Source: Candidatus Blackburnbacteria bacterium RIFCSPHIGHO2_12_FULL_44_25 (GTDB lineage Bacteria > Patescibacteriota > Microgenomatia > UBA8517 > UBA10165). Taken from it: a stretch of 47,612 nucleotides of DNA. Positions 1 to 8,096 of this stretch are shown in pieces. The stretch is from the NCBI GenBank assembly GCA_001816455.1, contig MHCB01000012.1, forward strand, positions 1-47,612, in the 5' to 3' direction. Under the pieces are notes generated by a model. That model was not told the origin of the DNA. It saw only the letters and a list, made by a program, of their open reading frames with translations, and ran no database searches. The position numbers were made by a program, and so were the translations under genes. Position 1 is the first letter of the stretch; every line of letters begins with the position of its first letter.

Positions 1-680
1 GTTCCACTGCCGCAAAACGGATCCAGAATAGTGTCCCCTTTTTTGGTACATGAAAGAATAATTCGTTTAAGTAGTTCTTGTGGTTTTTGGGTTGGATGCT
101 TACCAAACTTTCGCTCAACCAGACTTGGAGCATGAATTGCCCAAACACTCCCCATTTGTTCTCCCTGTTTCTTTAAAAAGTCTTCTCTCCAGTCTGCCCT
201 TTTTAGCCAGTCGTAGGAGAATTTATGCTTCGCGTTTTTATCCTTCCTTGCCCAAATTAAAGTTTCATGGTTTGCCTTAAACATTCTCCCCGAGATATTA
301 TCCGCAACCTTCGGTTTATACCAGCAAATCTCGTTTAAGATGTGATACCCCTCTTTCTCTAAAGCATATCCGCATTTATAAATGTTGTGATACGTACCAG
401 TAACCCAAATTGTGCCGTTGGGCTTTAAAAGTCGGTGGCACTCATGTAGCCATTTTCTGTGAAATTCAAAATCTTTTTCTACGCCTTCGGATTTATCCCA
501 GCCTCCTTTGTTTACCAAGACCTTCTTTCCGCGCTCAGAAGTAAACCCACCATTAGACAACCTATACGGCGGATCAGCAAAAATCATATCAAACGACTCA
601 GGAGGTAATTCTGGAAGTATCTCTAAACAGTCTCCGTGGTAAAGAGTAAACCTATCCTGCTCAAAGTATGAAGTTAACAT
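1..680 (-). CDS. Beta-class amino (N6-adenine/N4-cytosine) DNA methyltransferase, DpnII-system second-methylase/CcrM-like; 3' end runs off the window
   Basis: Hand translation from ATG at 680: MLTSYFEQDRFTLYHGDCLEIL...DMIFADPPYRLSNGG...HETLIWARK...KHPTQKPQELLKRII...ILDPFCGSG. The frame is open to base 1. Catalytic DPPY precedes the SAM-binding FxGxG motif (beta order). Not in the ORF track. Confidence 0.9.
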   Translation of the reverse strand, partial: MLTSYFEQDRFTLYHGDCLEILPELPPESFDMIFADPPYRLSNGGFTSERGKKVLVNKGGWDKSEGVEKDFEFHRKWLHECHRLLKPNGTIWVTGTYHNIYKCGYALEKEGYHILNEICWYKPKVADNISGRMFKANHETLIWARKDKNAKHKFSYDWLKRADWREDFLKKQGEQMGSVWAIHAPSLVERKFGKHPTQKPQELLKRIILSCTKKGDTILDPFCGSG

Positions 681-707
681 TATAAAAAGCAGGACTATAC
701 TATGCCG

Positions 708-1418
708 TTAAAATTTATCACTTATATGATCAACTTCAGAAAATCTTATCTCACCTCTAAAGCTGTTTATTTCTTCAACATCGCGCTTGAAAACCTCCAA
801 ACTCTCAAAGTGATTCGTCACATGACTATCAATCTTGTCTTCGTCAATCCATTCATACTTTCCTTCCGCGGAATCAACAATCTCTCCTTCAGGATTGCGC
901 ACCAGACAATAATACAAGAACTTATCCTCTAAAAGTTCGCCCGTTTGTTTATCAAAAACTCGAAAATGCCTAATACTAAAAACTTGCGGTTCTCCGTCAA
1001 GATTTGTCTCCTCTTTCAACTCTCTTTTTGCTCCGTCAATAACAGTTTCTCCGTAAGCAATCTTTCCCGACATAAATCCCTGACATCCATAAAAAGGTTG
1101 CTTAAGTCTCGTATAGACTAGATACTGTCTCTTCCCGTTTCTTTCGCAAATAGCGCAAACGATAGCGCCAATTTTAGCCTGCTTCTCAATCGTTGCTGTA
1201 CCAGTATTCATCCTGTTAGCATATTCTTTTCCGGATGAAGTAAGAAAGTACCCTTCCTTGGTTTTTGTGACCCACCCTTCTTTAATAATCTGGTCTAAGT
1301 GGAAGTCAAACTGATTATTCAGCATCTCATTATCGGGCTTCATTTCTGTATATCGAAGAGAAGTCGCGAAAAGAAGCTTCCGTAAAATTTGAAGTTGAAT
1401 TAAGTGTAGCTGCTTCAT
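708..1418 (-). CDS. N-terminal winged-HTH + C-terminal Nudix hydrolase domain protein (putative Nudix-related regulator)
   Basis: Nudix box GKIAYGETVIDGAKRELKEETNL. The N-terminal ~65 aa look like a wHTH (ILRKLL...LRYTEM...FDFHLDQIIKEGWV...YFLTSSGKEY). Confidence 0.8.
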   Translation of the reverse strand: MKQLHLIQLQILRKLLFATSLRYTEMKPDNEMLNNQFDFHLDQIIKEGWVTKTKEGYFLTSSGKEYANRMNTGTATIEKQAKIGAIVCAICERNGKRQYLVYTRLKQPFYGCQGFMSGKIAYGETVIDGAKRELKEETNLDGEPQVFSIRHFRVFDKQTGELLEDKFLYYCLVRNPEGEIVDSAEGKYEWIDEDKIDSHVTNHFESLEVFKRDVEEINSFRGEIRFSEVDHISDKF

Positions 1419-1425
1419 TGCTTGA

Positions 1426-1454
1426 ATTCTAGTCAGAGGAGCAAGGCGTGTCTA
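1426..1454 (-). promoter_or_regulatory. Sigma70-like promoter of the wHTH-Nudix gene, probably leaderless
   Basis: Minus strand reads TAGACA (1454-1449), 17 nt, TAGAAT (1431-1426), 7 nt, ATG (1418). No Shine-Dalgarno. Confidence 0.6.
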
Positions 1455-1458
1455 GTCT

Positions 1459-1471
1459 AGTCAACTTGACT
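1459..1471. promoter_or_regulatory. Palindromic candidate operator AGTCAA-C-TTGACT
   Basis: Perfect 6-1-6 inverted repeat just upstream of the predicted -35. Core matches GT-N7-AC. CTAGTC half-site-like words at 1429, 1452 and 1457. Confidence 0.5.
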
Positions 1472-1482
1472 GGGAAATTTCG

Positions 1483-1749
1483 TCAGTGGTGTCTTCTCTT
1501 AAGCCACCACTTTTTCAACATTCCGTACGACTCTGTGGAAACCCAATACAGGACAGTAGCAACCAAAGCTTTTAATAAGGCAAGAGGCTGATCACTAAGT
1601 CTTAAAAAGAGATAAAGCAAAACAAAGGTAAGAGAAGATATAAAAACAATTCGAGTTTTACTTGTCTCCCAATCTTTATCCGCCTCAACCCTCCTATTTC
1701 GCTCCTTAATTTTCTCGACTTCAACTTCCAACTCTACAAGTGTCACCAT
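1483..1749 (-). CDS. Small membrane protein (charged N-terminal helix + 2 TM), function unknown
   Basis: 88 aa: KIKERNRRVEADKDWETSKTR, then two hydrophobic segments and a basic tail. Confidence 0.7.
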   Translation of the reverse strand: MVTLVELEVEVEKIKERNRRVEADKDWETSKTRIVFISSLTFVLLYLFLRLSDQPLALLKALVATVLYWVSTESYGMLKKWWLKRRHH

Positions 1750-1782
1750 ACATTATTTTCTCATACCGTATAATAATCTGCC

Positions 1783-2575
1783 ATGGAGGAAAGCCTTAAA
1801 AAGTTTATAGCGACCAATCTTAAAACCTCGGGCGTTAGCCCGAGGATGAAGATTTTCCGAACACAAAGTGTGAGGACAAGCGGTTAGCCGCTTGAAGCTA
1901 GAAGAAACTACCAGCGTAAGCTGGTAGAGCTTCATAGATAAATTAGCCAAAGTCCAACCAACCCAAAATGCACACAACGTGTATGCTCTGGATGCACTCG
2001 CAAACGAAATACGACGAAAGAACCTACTCCTATACTTCATGCAACTTGCCGAAAGAAAACCTGAAGTTTTGTTAATCGGTGAAGCTCCTGGTTACCAAGG
2101 TTGTCGATGGACCGGAGTATCTTTTTGCTCAGAACACATAATAACCAACGGTATCCCAGAAATCGATATGTTTGGTAGTCATAAAGGATATAAAAAAACT
2201 GACGAAAGCGAAAAGGTTTGGAAAGAACCTTCAGCAACAATTGTGTGGAACGTTCTTAAGGGGGTTAAAAATCTACCCTTGATTTGGGCATCATACCCGT
2301 ACCATCCCCACAAACCCGGAAAGAGGCTAACCAATCGTGCTCCCACCAGCGAAGAACTCGCAATCGGCAGACCTTTCATTCAAGAACTGATAGATATTTT
2401 TGGGATTAAAAAAGTTATTGCTATTGGCAACAAAGCAGAACTTACATTAAATAAACTAAACATCCCAGCCCCCAAGGTTCGCCACCCTTCTCATGGGGGC
2501 GCAAAACTGTTTGCCGAGGGCATACACAAACTTCTATCAGCCAAAGCAGAGAACCATGGCATTTGCCGTGGGTGA
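1783..2575 (+). pseudogene. Uracil-DNA glycosylase superfamily gene, frameshifted near the 5' end by an inserted element (residual ORF 1979-2575)
   Basis: Motifs LLIGEAPGYQGCRWTGVSF and VRHPSHGG. TATAAT (1769-1774) + 8 nt + ATG 1783 starts MEESLKKFI. Deleting 1809-1935 joins this in frame to DKLAKVQPTQNAHNVYALD.... Deleting 2538-2644 restores a TAG stop after EGIHKLL. Restored length 209 aa. Confidence 0.8.
1809..1935. mobile_element. 127-bp non-autonomous palindromic element (IS200/IS605-like MITE), copy 1
   Basis: Hairpins CCTCGGGC-gtta-GCCCGAGG (1826-1845), CAAGCGG-ttag-CCGCTTG (1877-1894) and CTACCAGC-gtaa-GCTGGTAG (1908-1927). Ends AGCTTCAT. Clean removal restores the UDG frame. Exact boundary is ambiguous by a few nt because ATAG occurs on both sides. 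Confidence 0.8.
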
Positions 2576-2644
2576 ATGCTTTTACAATCACAGCTTTAGC
2601 TGTGAAGCTGAGAAGATGCCACGGCTTTAGCCGTGGAGCTTCAT
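2538..2644. mobile_element. 107-bp non-autonomous palindromic element (same family), copy 2; may also act as a terminator between convergent genes
   Basis: Hairpins CCATGGC-attt-GCCGTGG (2554-2571), TCACAGC-ttta-GCTGTGA (2588-2605) and CCACGGC-ttta-GCCGTGG (2619-2636). Same GAAGCT..AGAAGA linker and AGCTTCAT end as copy 1. Confidence 0.75.
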
Positions 2645-2647
2645 AGA

Positions 2648-4327
2648 TTAAAGGGTGCAAAGAGAACTAGGAGAGATCTTGCATTTCATTTCTGGATTCG
2701 TCTCATATCCACGAAAGATTGGATTTCCGTTTAAGTCATTTACTTCCAAAACTTTAGTCAAGAAATGCTCCTTTGCTTGCTGTTCAGAAATCGCAAATTC
2801 ATCCCCGACCAAAATCTGCCTTTTATAAATATCTTCATCCCATCTAATGTTTCTTGTTTCGATATTCCCAAACTTATAATATGAGCTGAAACTTGGCTTA
2901 TTGTAGTAGTCTTCCTTAATCGTTTGGTCTACCTCTTGTTGAAACTCAGCCGGAGGATATGCCAGGAAAAAGGCTAGTTCTATGTAAACAGGTTTCGTTC
3001 TCGACTGGTCAATTAGGAATTTTTTATCCGGGTTTTCTTTTATAACCTCTGCTAATTGTTGGAAACCGTATCCCCAAACACGAGCCCTCTCGTGTGGCAA
3101 CAGAACAAAATAACCCCTCCAAAGAAGAACAATAGAATACACCAATAGAAATACAACCAGCGGAAAAGCGAACCTTAGCCTAATTTTTTGCAGCACCATG
3201 TCTAACCCGAGCGTTGTTACAAGAGAGATAGGCAACAATAAAGGAAGAGCCCTTTGAGTCGAAAATGGATCCTTGGTAAGTGCAACAGGAAAAGGTATAA
3301 GGAAAAGCAAAAGAAATATAAACCGACCCGCGTTTGTTTTGCGTAAAGTCCATAGTTTTAGGAGCCCCAAAAACCAGGGTCCTACCATCCAAGGATAAAA
3401 AGTAGCAAGATCAGGTATAGACCGTTGCGGATCAGGATCTGGCAAAAAGAAAAGAGACCTTGGAGAAAAATAAGCCACATACTGCGAGAAAAATTCCCTC
3501 AAAAAAGAAAGAGGTATTGCTATTATCTCAGGTAAAAAGCGAATTTTTTCTGCTTGACTTATTACCTGTTGACTGTAAAACAAAGCGGACTTAGAGAAAA
3601 ACACCGTCGTATCCAAAAGCGTGAAATTGGGGATTTGAATTATCCCAAAAGCAACAGCAGAAGCAAACAGAACTATCTTGTTTGATCGATCAAACAAGTT
3701 TTTTCTAAATAAAAACAAAAACGAAAACGCAAAAAAGACAGAAAGATAACGCTCTAGGTGCGCTCCATAGGTGGAAAGTGACAAGAAAATAAAACCAAGC
3801 AATAAATAGGTTTTTCGCGAGAGGGATAACCAACAAAACAATACACCGACAAAAAACAAGAAAAAGCCCAGGTAAATTTCATATCCAGTCCGAGCAAAAA
3901 AAACATTCCACGGCGTTATCGCAAAGAGAAAAGTTGTAGTAAGTAAAGTAATTCTGCTTCTAGTAATTCTTAAACTCTTTAAAAGCAAAAAGAACACAAT
4001 TATTCCGAAGATTCCACAGACGGAAGAAGCAAGCCGCACAGCCATTGCATTCAAACCAAACACCCGAACAAGAGGGATCGTAATATACGTGTAAACAGGC
4101 GGTGAGTAAGACCCAAAAAACCGTAAAGCAACCGGAAAAGATTTCCCATATTCATCCTTCCTTGTGAGATTTAACGAGTAGGCATTATAACCAGTAACAG
4201 TCTCATCCACATATACCCCGGGTGGTACTCTTGCTAAGTCATGTAGGTAAAAGAAAGTACCAAACACCACAATCAAACAAAGAGCTAAGATTTCAATAAT
4301 CACCCACCGAAACCTACGAGTATTCAT
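2648..4327 (-). CDS. ArnT/PMT-like (GT83/GT39-type) GT-C membrane glycosyltransferase
   Basis: 559 aa polytopic. First loop PPGVYVDETVTGYNAYSL..RKDEYG; also AVRLAS, ITPWNVFFARTGYE; soluble C-terminal domain. Confidence 0.85.
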   Translation of the reverse strand: MNTRRFRWVIIEILALCLIVVFGTFFYLHDLARVPPGVYVDETVTGYNAYSLNLTRKDEYGKSFPVALRFFGSYSPPVYTYITIPLVRVFGLNAMAVRLASSVCGIFGIIVFFLLLKSLRITRSRITLLTTTFLFAITPWNVFFARTGYEIYLGFFLFFVGVLFCWLSLSRKTYLLLGFIFLSLSTYGAHLERYLSVFFAFSFLFLFRKNLFDRSNKIVLFASAVAFGIIQIPNFTLLDTTVFFSKSALFYSQQVISQAEKIRFLPEIIAIPLSFLREFFSQYVAYFSPRSLFFLPDPDPQRSIPDLATFYPWMVGPWFLGLLKLWTLRKTNAGRFIFLLLFLIPFPVALTKDPFSTQRALPLLLPISLVTTLGLDMVLQKIRLRFAFPLVVFLLVYSIVLLWRGYFVLLPHERARVWGYGFQQLAEVIKENPDKKFLIDQSRTKPVYIELAFFLAYPPAEFQQEVDQTIKEDYYNKPSFSSYYKFGNIETRNIRWDEDIYKRQILVGDEFAISEQQAKEHFLTKVLEVNDLNGNPIFRGYETNPEMKCKISPSSLCTL

Positions 4328-5039
4328 ATGACATAACTTGAAGAAACACTAAAGACAAAAAAACCAACAGCAAAACTTTCAAACTCTGCCTTCCAGCAAA
4401 CCGCTTTACAAAAGCATTCATTCCGGTTGCGCAAACAACGACAATAAAAGGAAAAAGTCCAATCGGGCCATACTGATTCCGATGACCCACAAACGAGACC
4501 AAAAAGATAGGGAGAAGAACAAACAAACCTTTCTGCCAACAAAACCGTCTTTCTAATTTAAGAATTCCAAAGACAAAAAACGGGAGAAAGACATAAGGAA
4601 ACTTTTCGAACTCATCAAAACCCACCCGCTGTCGCGGATGGTTGGCAAAGAAATACAGACCAGGATCAACCACTTCGGAAAAGTTTTGCTGAATTCTGTT
4701 TACCCAAATGGAGAACTTACTCTCTTCAAACCAGTTTGCAGGATAGAACCAAATATAGTGACCAAAAACCTGGTAAAAAGTGGGTGGATAAATATGCAGT
4801 CTTTGCTGTTGAACGAACTTTTGACTATCACCAAGGGCACTTAGTGGTTGTTTGTCTGTGGTCTTATATTGGACAACCAAAAGGATTACCAAAAGAGACA
4901 AAAGTATCTTACCGTCTAACCACTTTTGTTTTTTGTAAAAAAGGAAAGAGACGACGACCACAAAAATCCCAATCAAAGCGTTCTCAAAAACCAACCTCCA
5001 TGTCCACGGACTAAGGAGTAGGGCTAAGAAAAAAGACAT
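4314..5039 (-). CDS. Polytopic membrane protein resembling the C-terminal membrane half of the neighbouring GT-C enzymes
   Basis: 241 aa, ~6 TM. Segment NFSEVVDPGLYFFANHPRQRVG..FPYVFLPFFVFG. Overlaps the next gene by 14 nt. TAGAAT 5 nt upstream of the ATG. Confidence 0.7.
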   Translation of the reverse strand: MSFFLALLLSPWTWRLVFENALIGIFVVVVSFLFYKKQKWLDGKILLSLLVILLVVQYKTTDKQPLSALGDSQKFVQQQRLHIYPPTFYQVFGHYIWFYPANWFEESKFSIWVNRIQQNFSEVVDPGLYFFANHPRQRVGFDEFEKFPYVFLPFFVFGILKLERRFCWQKGLFVLLPIFLVSFVGHRNQYGPIGLFPFIVVVCATGMNAFVKRFAGRQSLKVLLLVFLSLVFLQVMSYEYS

Positions 5040-5044
5040 ACGTT

Positions 5045-5066
5045 ATTCTAACAAAACCGCTACAAT
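5045..5066. promoter_or_regulatory. Back-to-back -10 elements in a 34-bp divergent gap
   Basis: Plus strand: TACAAT 5061-5066 + 7 nt + GTG 5074. Minus strand: TAGAAT 5050-5045 + 5 nt + ATG 5039. Confidence 0.55.
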
Positions 5067-5073
5067 TGAAGTC

Positions 5074-6570
5074 GTGAACAAGCTTTTGGCAATTGTCTTC
5101 GTTGTCTCCCTTGTATTTATTCTTTACCATCCAGCCCTCAAAACCTTCTTTTCTCAAGACGACTTTTTCCACTTCAGAGTAAGCCAAACCGATGGAACTC
5201 TGGGAGGATTTCTTAGCCTCTTTGGATTTCATTCATTTGAAGAAAGGAAAATCGCCTTTTATCGCCCCATAACCCGGGAACTGCCATTCAACTTGTCTTA
5301 TGCCTTCTTTGGCCTTAACCCGGCTCCCCTCAGAATACTTTCTTTTCTTCTACTTTTTGCCAACACCTACATGGTTTATCTGTTAATTGCAAAACTATTC
5401 AAAAACAAAACTATTGGGTTTTTTACAAGCCTCTTCTTCGCAACAACCTCCAACACAGCCGCCCTCTATTATCTTGCCGGTGGAATCCAAACAATCGGCG
5501 CCACCTTTTTTATTCTTCTTACCTTACTCCTGTTCGATCGCTACCTGGAAACCGGGAATAAGAAGATAAAAGTTCTTTCTTTCTTTACTTTTTTATTAGC
5601 TCTCGGTTCCGAAGAGCAATCCGTAATTCTACCCGTTCTTCTTGCTGGTTTAATATTTATTCAATCTTCTTTCAAAGAGTCCATTAAGAAATCTTTACTG
5701 GAACTTTGGCCACACATATTAGTAGTATGTGTTTTTACCTGGGCAGATATTAATCTGATCGGTTTTTCAAAAGAGGAAACTCAGTATCATTTTGACTTTT
5801 CGATTAAGAAACTTGCCAACACTTTTTCGTGGTATCTGGTGTGGGCCTTTGGATTGCCCGAAATGTTAATAGATTTTGTCCTCCCAGGTTTAAAACTTAA
5901 TCCAAGCCTGATGCGGTATTGGCCGCATTTCTATAAACCCATATTCTTAAGCTTTTTTATATCTGCAGCTGTGTTAATAGCAGCAACCATCTATTCTGGG
6001 TCTAAAAACATCTTTAAAAGCAGAATTTTATGGCTTCTTATTGTCTGGTTTACCACAGGTCTAGTTCCCGTTCTATTCCTTCCTCAGCATAAATCTACAC
6101 ACTATCTGCAACCAGTACTTCCGGCCTTTTGGGGAGCAATAATCTTTCTTACTTTTTCTGCCTACGAAAACCTGAAAAGCAAAGCTCCCAAGCTTTCTGC
6201 TTTACTTGCGGGATTTTTTGCCGGAGGAATACTCTCTCTTTCTTTTTTCTCAAGCCTCGCGGGAAAGGAACTATACTGGGCAGCGTCTCGTGGAAGACTC
6301 GCAAAAAAGCTAATATCAGACATATCCTACGAGTTTCCTAAATTACCCCAAGGTGCCGTCTTGTATATCCAAAACGATCCGTCTTATCCTTTCGTTGCGA
6401 AAGACTGGGGAGGAACCTCCAAACAAGCGGCTTTCGTTTTAAATAATGTTGACGGTTTAAGGCTTTATTACAAAGACCCGTCCCTAAAAGTTTATTATCA
6501 AGATACGATTCCTCCCACAGAGGTTATTCCAGAATCCGCCTACACGGTAGTCGCAAAGATTGACTGGTGA
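5074..6570 (+). CDS. GT-C-fold membrane glycosyltransferase (DD / YRP type)
   Basis: 498 aa. FFSQDDFFHF after TM1, FYRPI, ALGSEEQS; ~11 TM plus C-terminal soluble domain. Confidence 0.75.
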   Translation: MNKLLAIVFVVSLVFILYHPALKTFFSQDDFFHFRVSQTDGTLGGFLSLFGFHSFEERKIAFYRPITRELPFNLSYAFFGLNPAPLRILSFLLLFANTYMVYLLIAKLFKNKTIGFFTSLFFATTSNTAALYYLAGGIQTIGATFFILLTLLLFDRYLETGNKKIKVLSFFTFLLALGSEEQSVILPVLLAGLIFIQSSFKESIKKSLLELWPHILVVCVFTWADINLIGFSKEETQYHFDFSIKKLANTFSWYLVWAFGLPEMLIDFVLPGLKLNPSLMRYWPHFYKPIFLSFFISAAVLIAATIYSGSKNIFKSRILWLLIVWFTTGLVPVLFLPQHKSTHYLQPVLPAFWGAIIFLTFSAYENLKSKAPKLSALLAGFFAGGILSLSFFSSLAGKELYWAASRGRLAKKLISDISYEFPKLPQGAVLYIQNDPSYPFVAKDWGGTSKQAAFVLNNVDGLRLYYKDPSLKVYYQDTIPPTEVIPESAYTVVAKIDW

Positions 6571-6623
6571 TACAATCTTATCTACGGTAGTCGCAAAGAT
6601 TGACTGATGATACAATCTTATCT
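6544..6623 (+). repeat. 40-bp tandem duplication (2 copies, 1 mismatch) spanning a stop codon and an extended -10 promoter
   Basis: ACGGTAGTCGCAAAGATTGACTG[G/A]TGATACAATCTTATCT at 6544-6583 and 6584-6623; mismatch at 6567/6607. Confidence 0.97.
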
Positions 6624-8096
6624 GTGGCGCAAGCTAATTCCGAACTGACCCTCGAAACAATAAAACAAAGATCCGTACACGGCGTCATCGCTCTCACCGG
6701 AAGAACCTTTATCCTCCAAGCAATAAATTTTGTTTCCCTTGCTTTTTTTACAATTCTCTTTACCCAAGTCGAATATGGAATTTACGGAATAGCTCTAGCC
6801 GTTCGGGGTTTTTTAACCTACTTTTCAGACATTGGTCTTGCTGCGGCGTTAATTCAAAAACGCAACAAAGTAACAAAAAACGAGTTGGGGACAACCTTTA
6901 TCATCCAACAGTCACTGGTGATTCTTCTTGTTGCAATAGGTTTTGCGGCAACCCCCTTCCTTGCCCGCTGGCAACAACTAACTACCCCCGGAATTTACCT
7001 CCTTTGGTCATTTTATATTGGATTCCTATTGTCTTCCTTAAAGACCATCCCTTCAGTTCTACTCGAGAGAAAGTTAGAATTCACAAAATTAGTAATCCCT
7101 CAAATCTTCGAATCAATTGCTTTCAATCTCGTTGCGATAGGCCTTGCTTGGTCGGGCTTTGGAATAATAAGCCTTGCCTATGCGGTACTTGTGCAGAGTA
7201 TTGTAGGATTAGTCTCAATTTACATACTCAAACCCTGGAGACCAAAGCTTGTCTTTTCCCTCGATTCGATACGAGGCCTGTTTAAATTTGGAGTTCCATA
7301 TCAACTGAATACCTTTCTTGCCGTCCTCAAAGACGACGGCCTAGTTATTGTTTTAGGGGGAATTCTAGGCCCTGCCAACCTGGGACTTCTATTGTGGGCG
7401 AAGAAATGGGGAGAGGCCCCATTAAGGTTCTTTATGGACCAAGTAATAAAGGTCACCTTTCCTGCATTTTCTCGACTCCAAGACGATCATACCCAACTCA
7501 AGAGTGCTCTCTCCCGATCCATTTTTTTTATATGCCTTTTAGTTTTCCCTGCTATCGCGGGACTAATGCTACTGGCTCCTTTATTGACCGAAGTTGTACC
7601 AAAGTATGAAAAGTGGGAGCCAGCCCTGTTTGCACTAAACCTGTTTGGCCTGAGCGCTGGAATCGCCGCCATTACCACCCCCTTGACTAATATGCTCAAC
7701 GCTATCGGCAGAATCCGTACAACCTTCAAACTCATGATTATGTGGGTAATTTTGACCTGGGCGATAATGCCCTACTTTGCCAACCGAGGTGGAGTTAACG
7801 GAGCAGCGCTGGGAGCACTGTTGATAGGACTAAGCTCGGTAGTTGCAATCGTTATCGCATATAAGTATGTAAAATTTGACGTTTCCTATTCGATCGTGAA
7901 ACCGCTATTGGGAACCACAGCAATGGCGACCATTCTTTATTTCTTAAGAACAGTGGTCCCCGTCAGTTGGTTAGGCGTTTCCAGTTTAATAATAACAGGG
8001 GTTATCTTCTATTCTGTCGTAATAAGTCTATTAATTGGCCCCACCCTAGCCGTTGATGCAAGGAAAGTCTGGTATGCAATCGCTAAAAAACAATAA
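6624..8096 (+). CDS. wzx: Wzx-type (MOP superfamily) oligosaccharide flippase
   Basis: SDIGLAAALIQK, PSVLLERKLEF, FPAFSRLQDD; ~13-14 TM. Start placed at GTG 6624 (7 nt after TGaTACAAT) rather than the TTG inside the duplication. Confidence 0.9.
   Translation: MAQANSELTLETIKQRSVHGVIALTGRTFILQAINFVSLAFFTILFTQVEYGIYGIALAVRGFLTYFSDIGLAAALIQKRNKVTKNELGTTFIIQQSLVILLVAIGFAATPFLARWQQLTTPGIYLLWSFYIGFLLSSLKTIPSVLLERKLEFTKLVIPQIFESIAFNLVAIGLAWSGFGIISLAYAVLVQSIVGLVSIYILKPWRPKLVFSLDSIRGLFKFGVPYQLNTFLAVLKDDGLVIVLGGILGPANLGLLLWAKKWGEAPLRFFMDQVIKVTFPAFSRLQDDHTQLKSALSRSIFFICLLVFPAIAGLMLLAPLLTEVVPKYEKWEPALFALNLFGLSAGIAAITTPLTNMLNAIGRIRTTFKLMIMWVILTWAIMPYFANRGGVNGAALGALLIGLSSVVAIVIAYKYVKFDVSYSIVKPLLGTTAMATILYFLRTVVPVSWLGVSSLIITGVIFYSVVISLLIGPTLAVDARKVWYAIAKKQ

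Noticed and set aside
1809..2644. tRNA or plain rho-independent terminator interpretation of the multi-hairpin segments
   Set aside because: There is no cloverleaf with T-loop/D-loop consensus and no U-tract after the stems. Copy 1 lies inside a coding region, and precise removal restores the gene.
1809..6623. CRISPR array interpretation of the hairpin clusters or the 40-bp repeat
   Set aside because: There are no identical repeats separated by unique spacers, the 40-bp copies are directly adjacent, and no cas genes are present.
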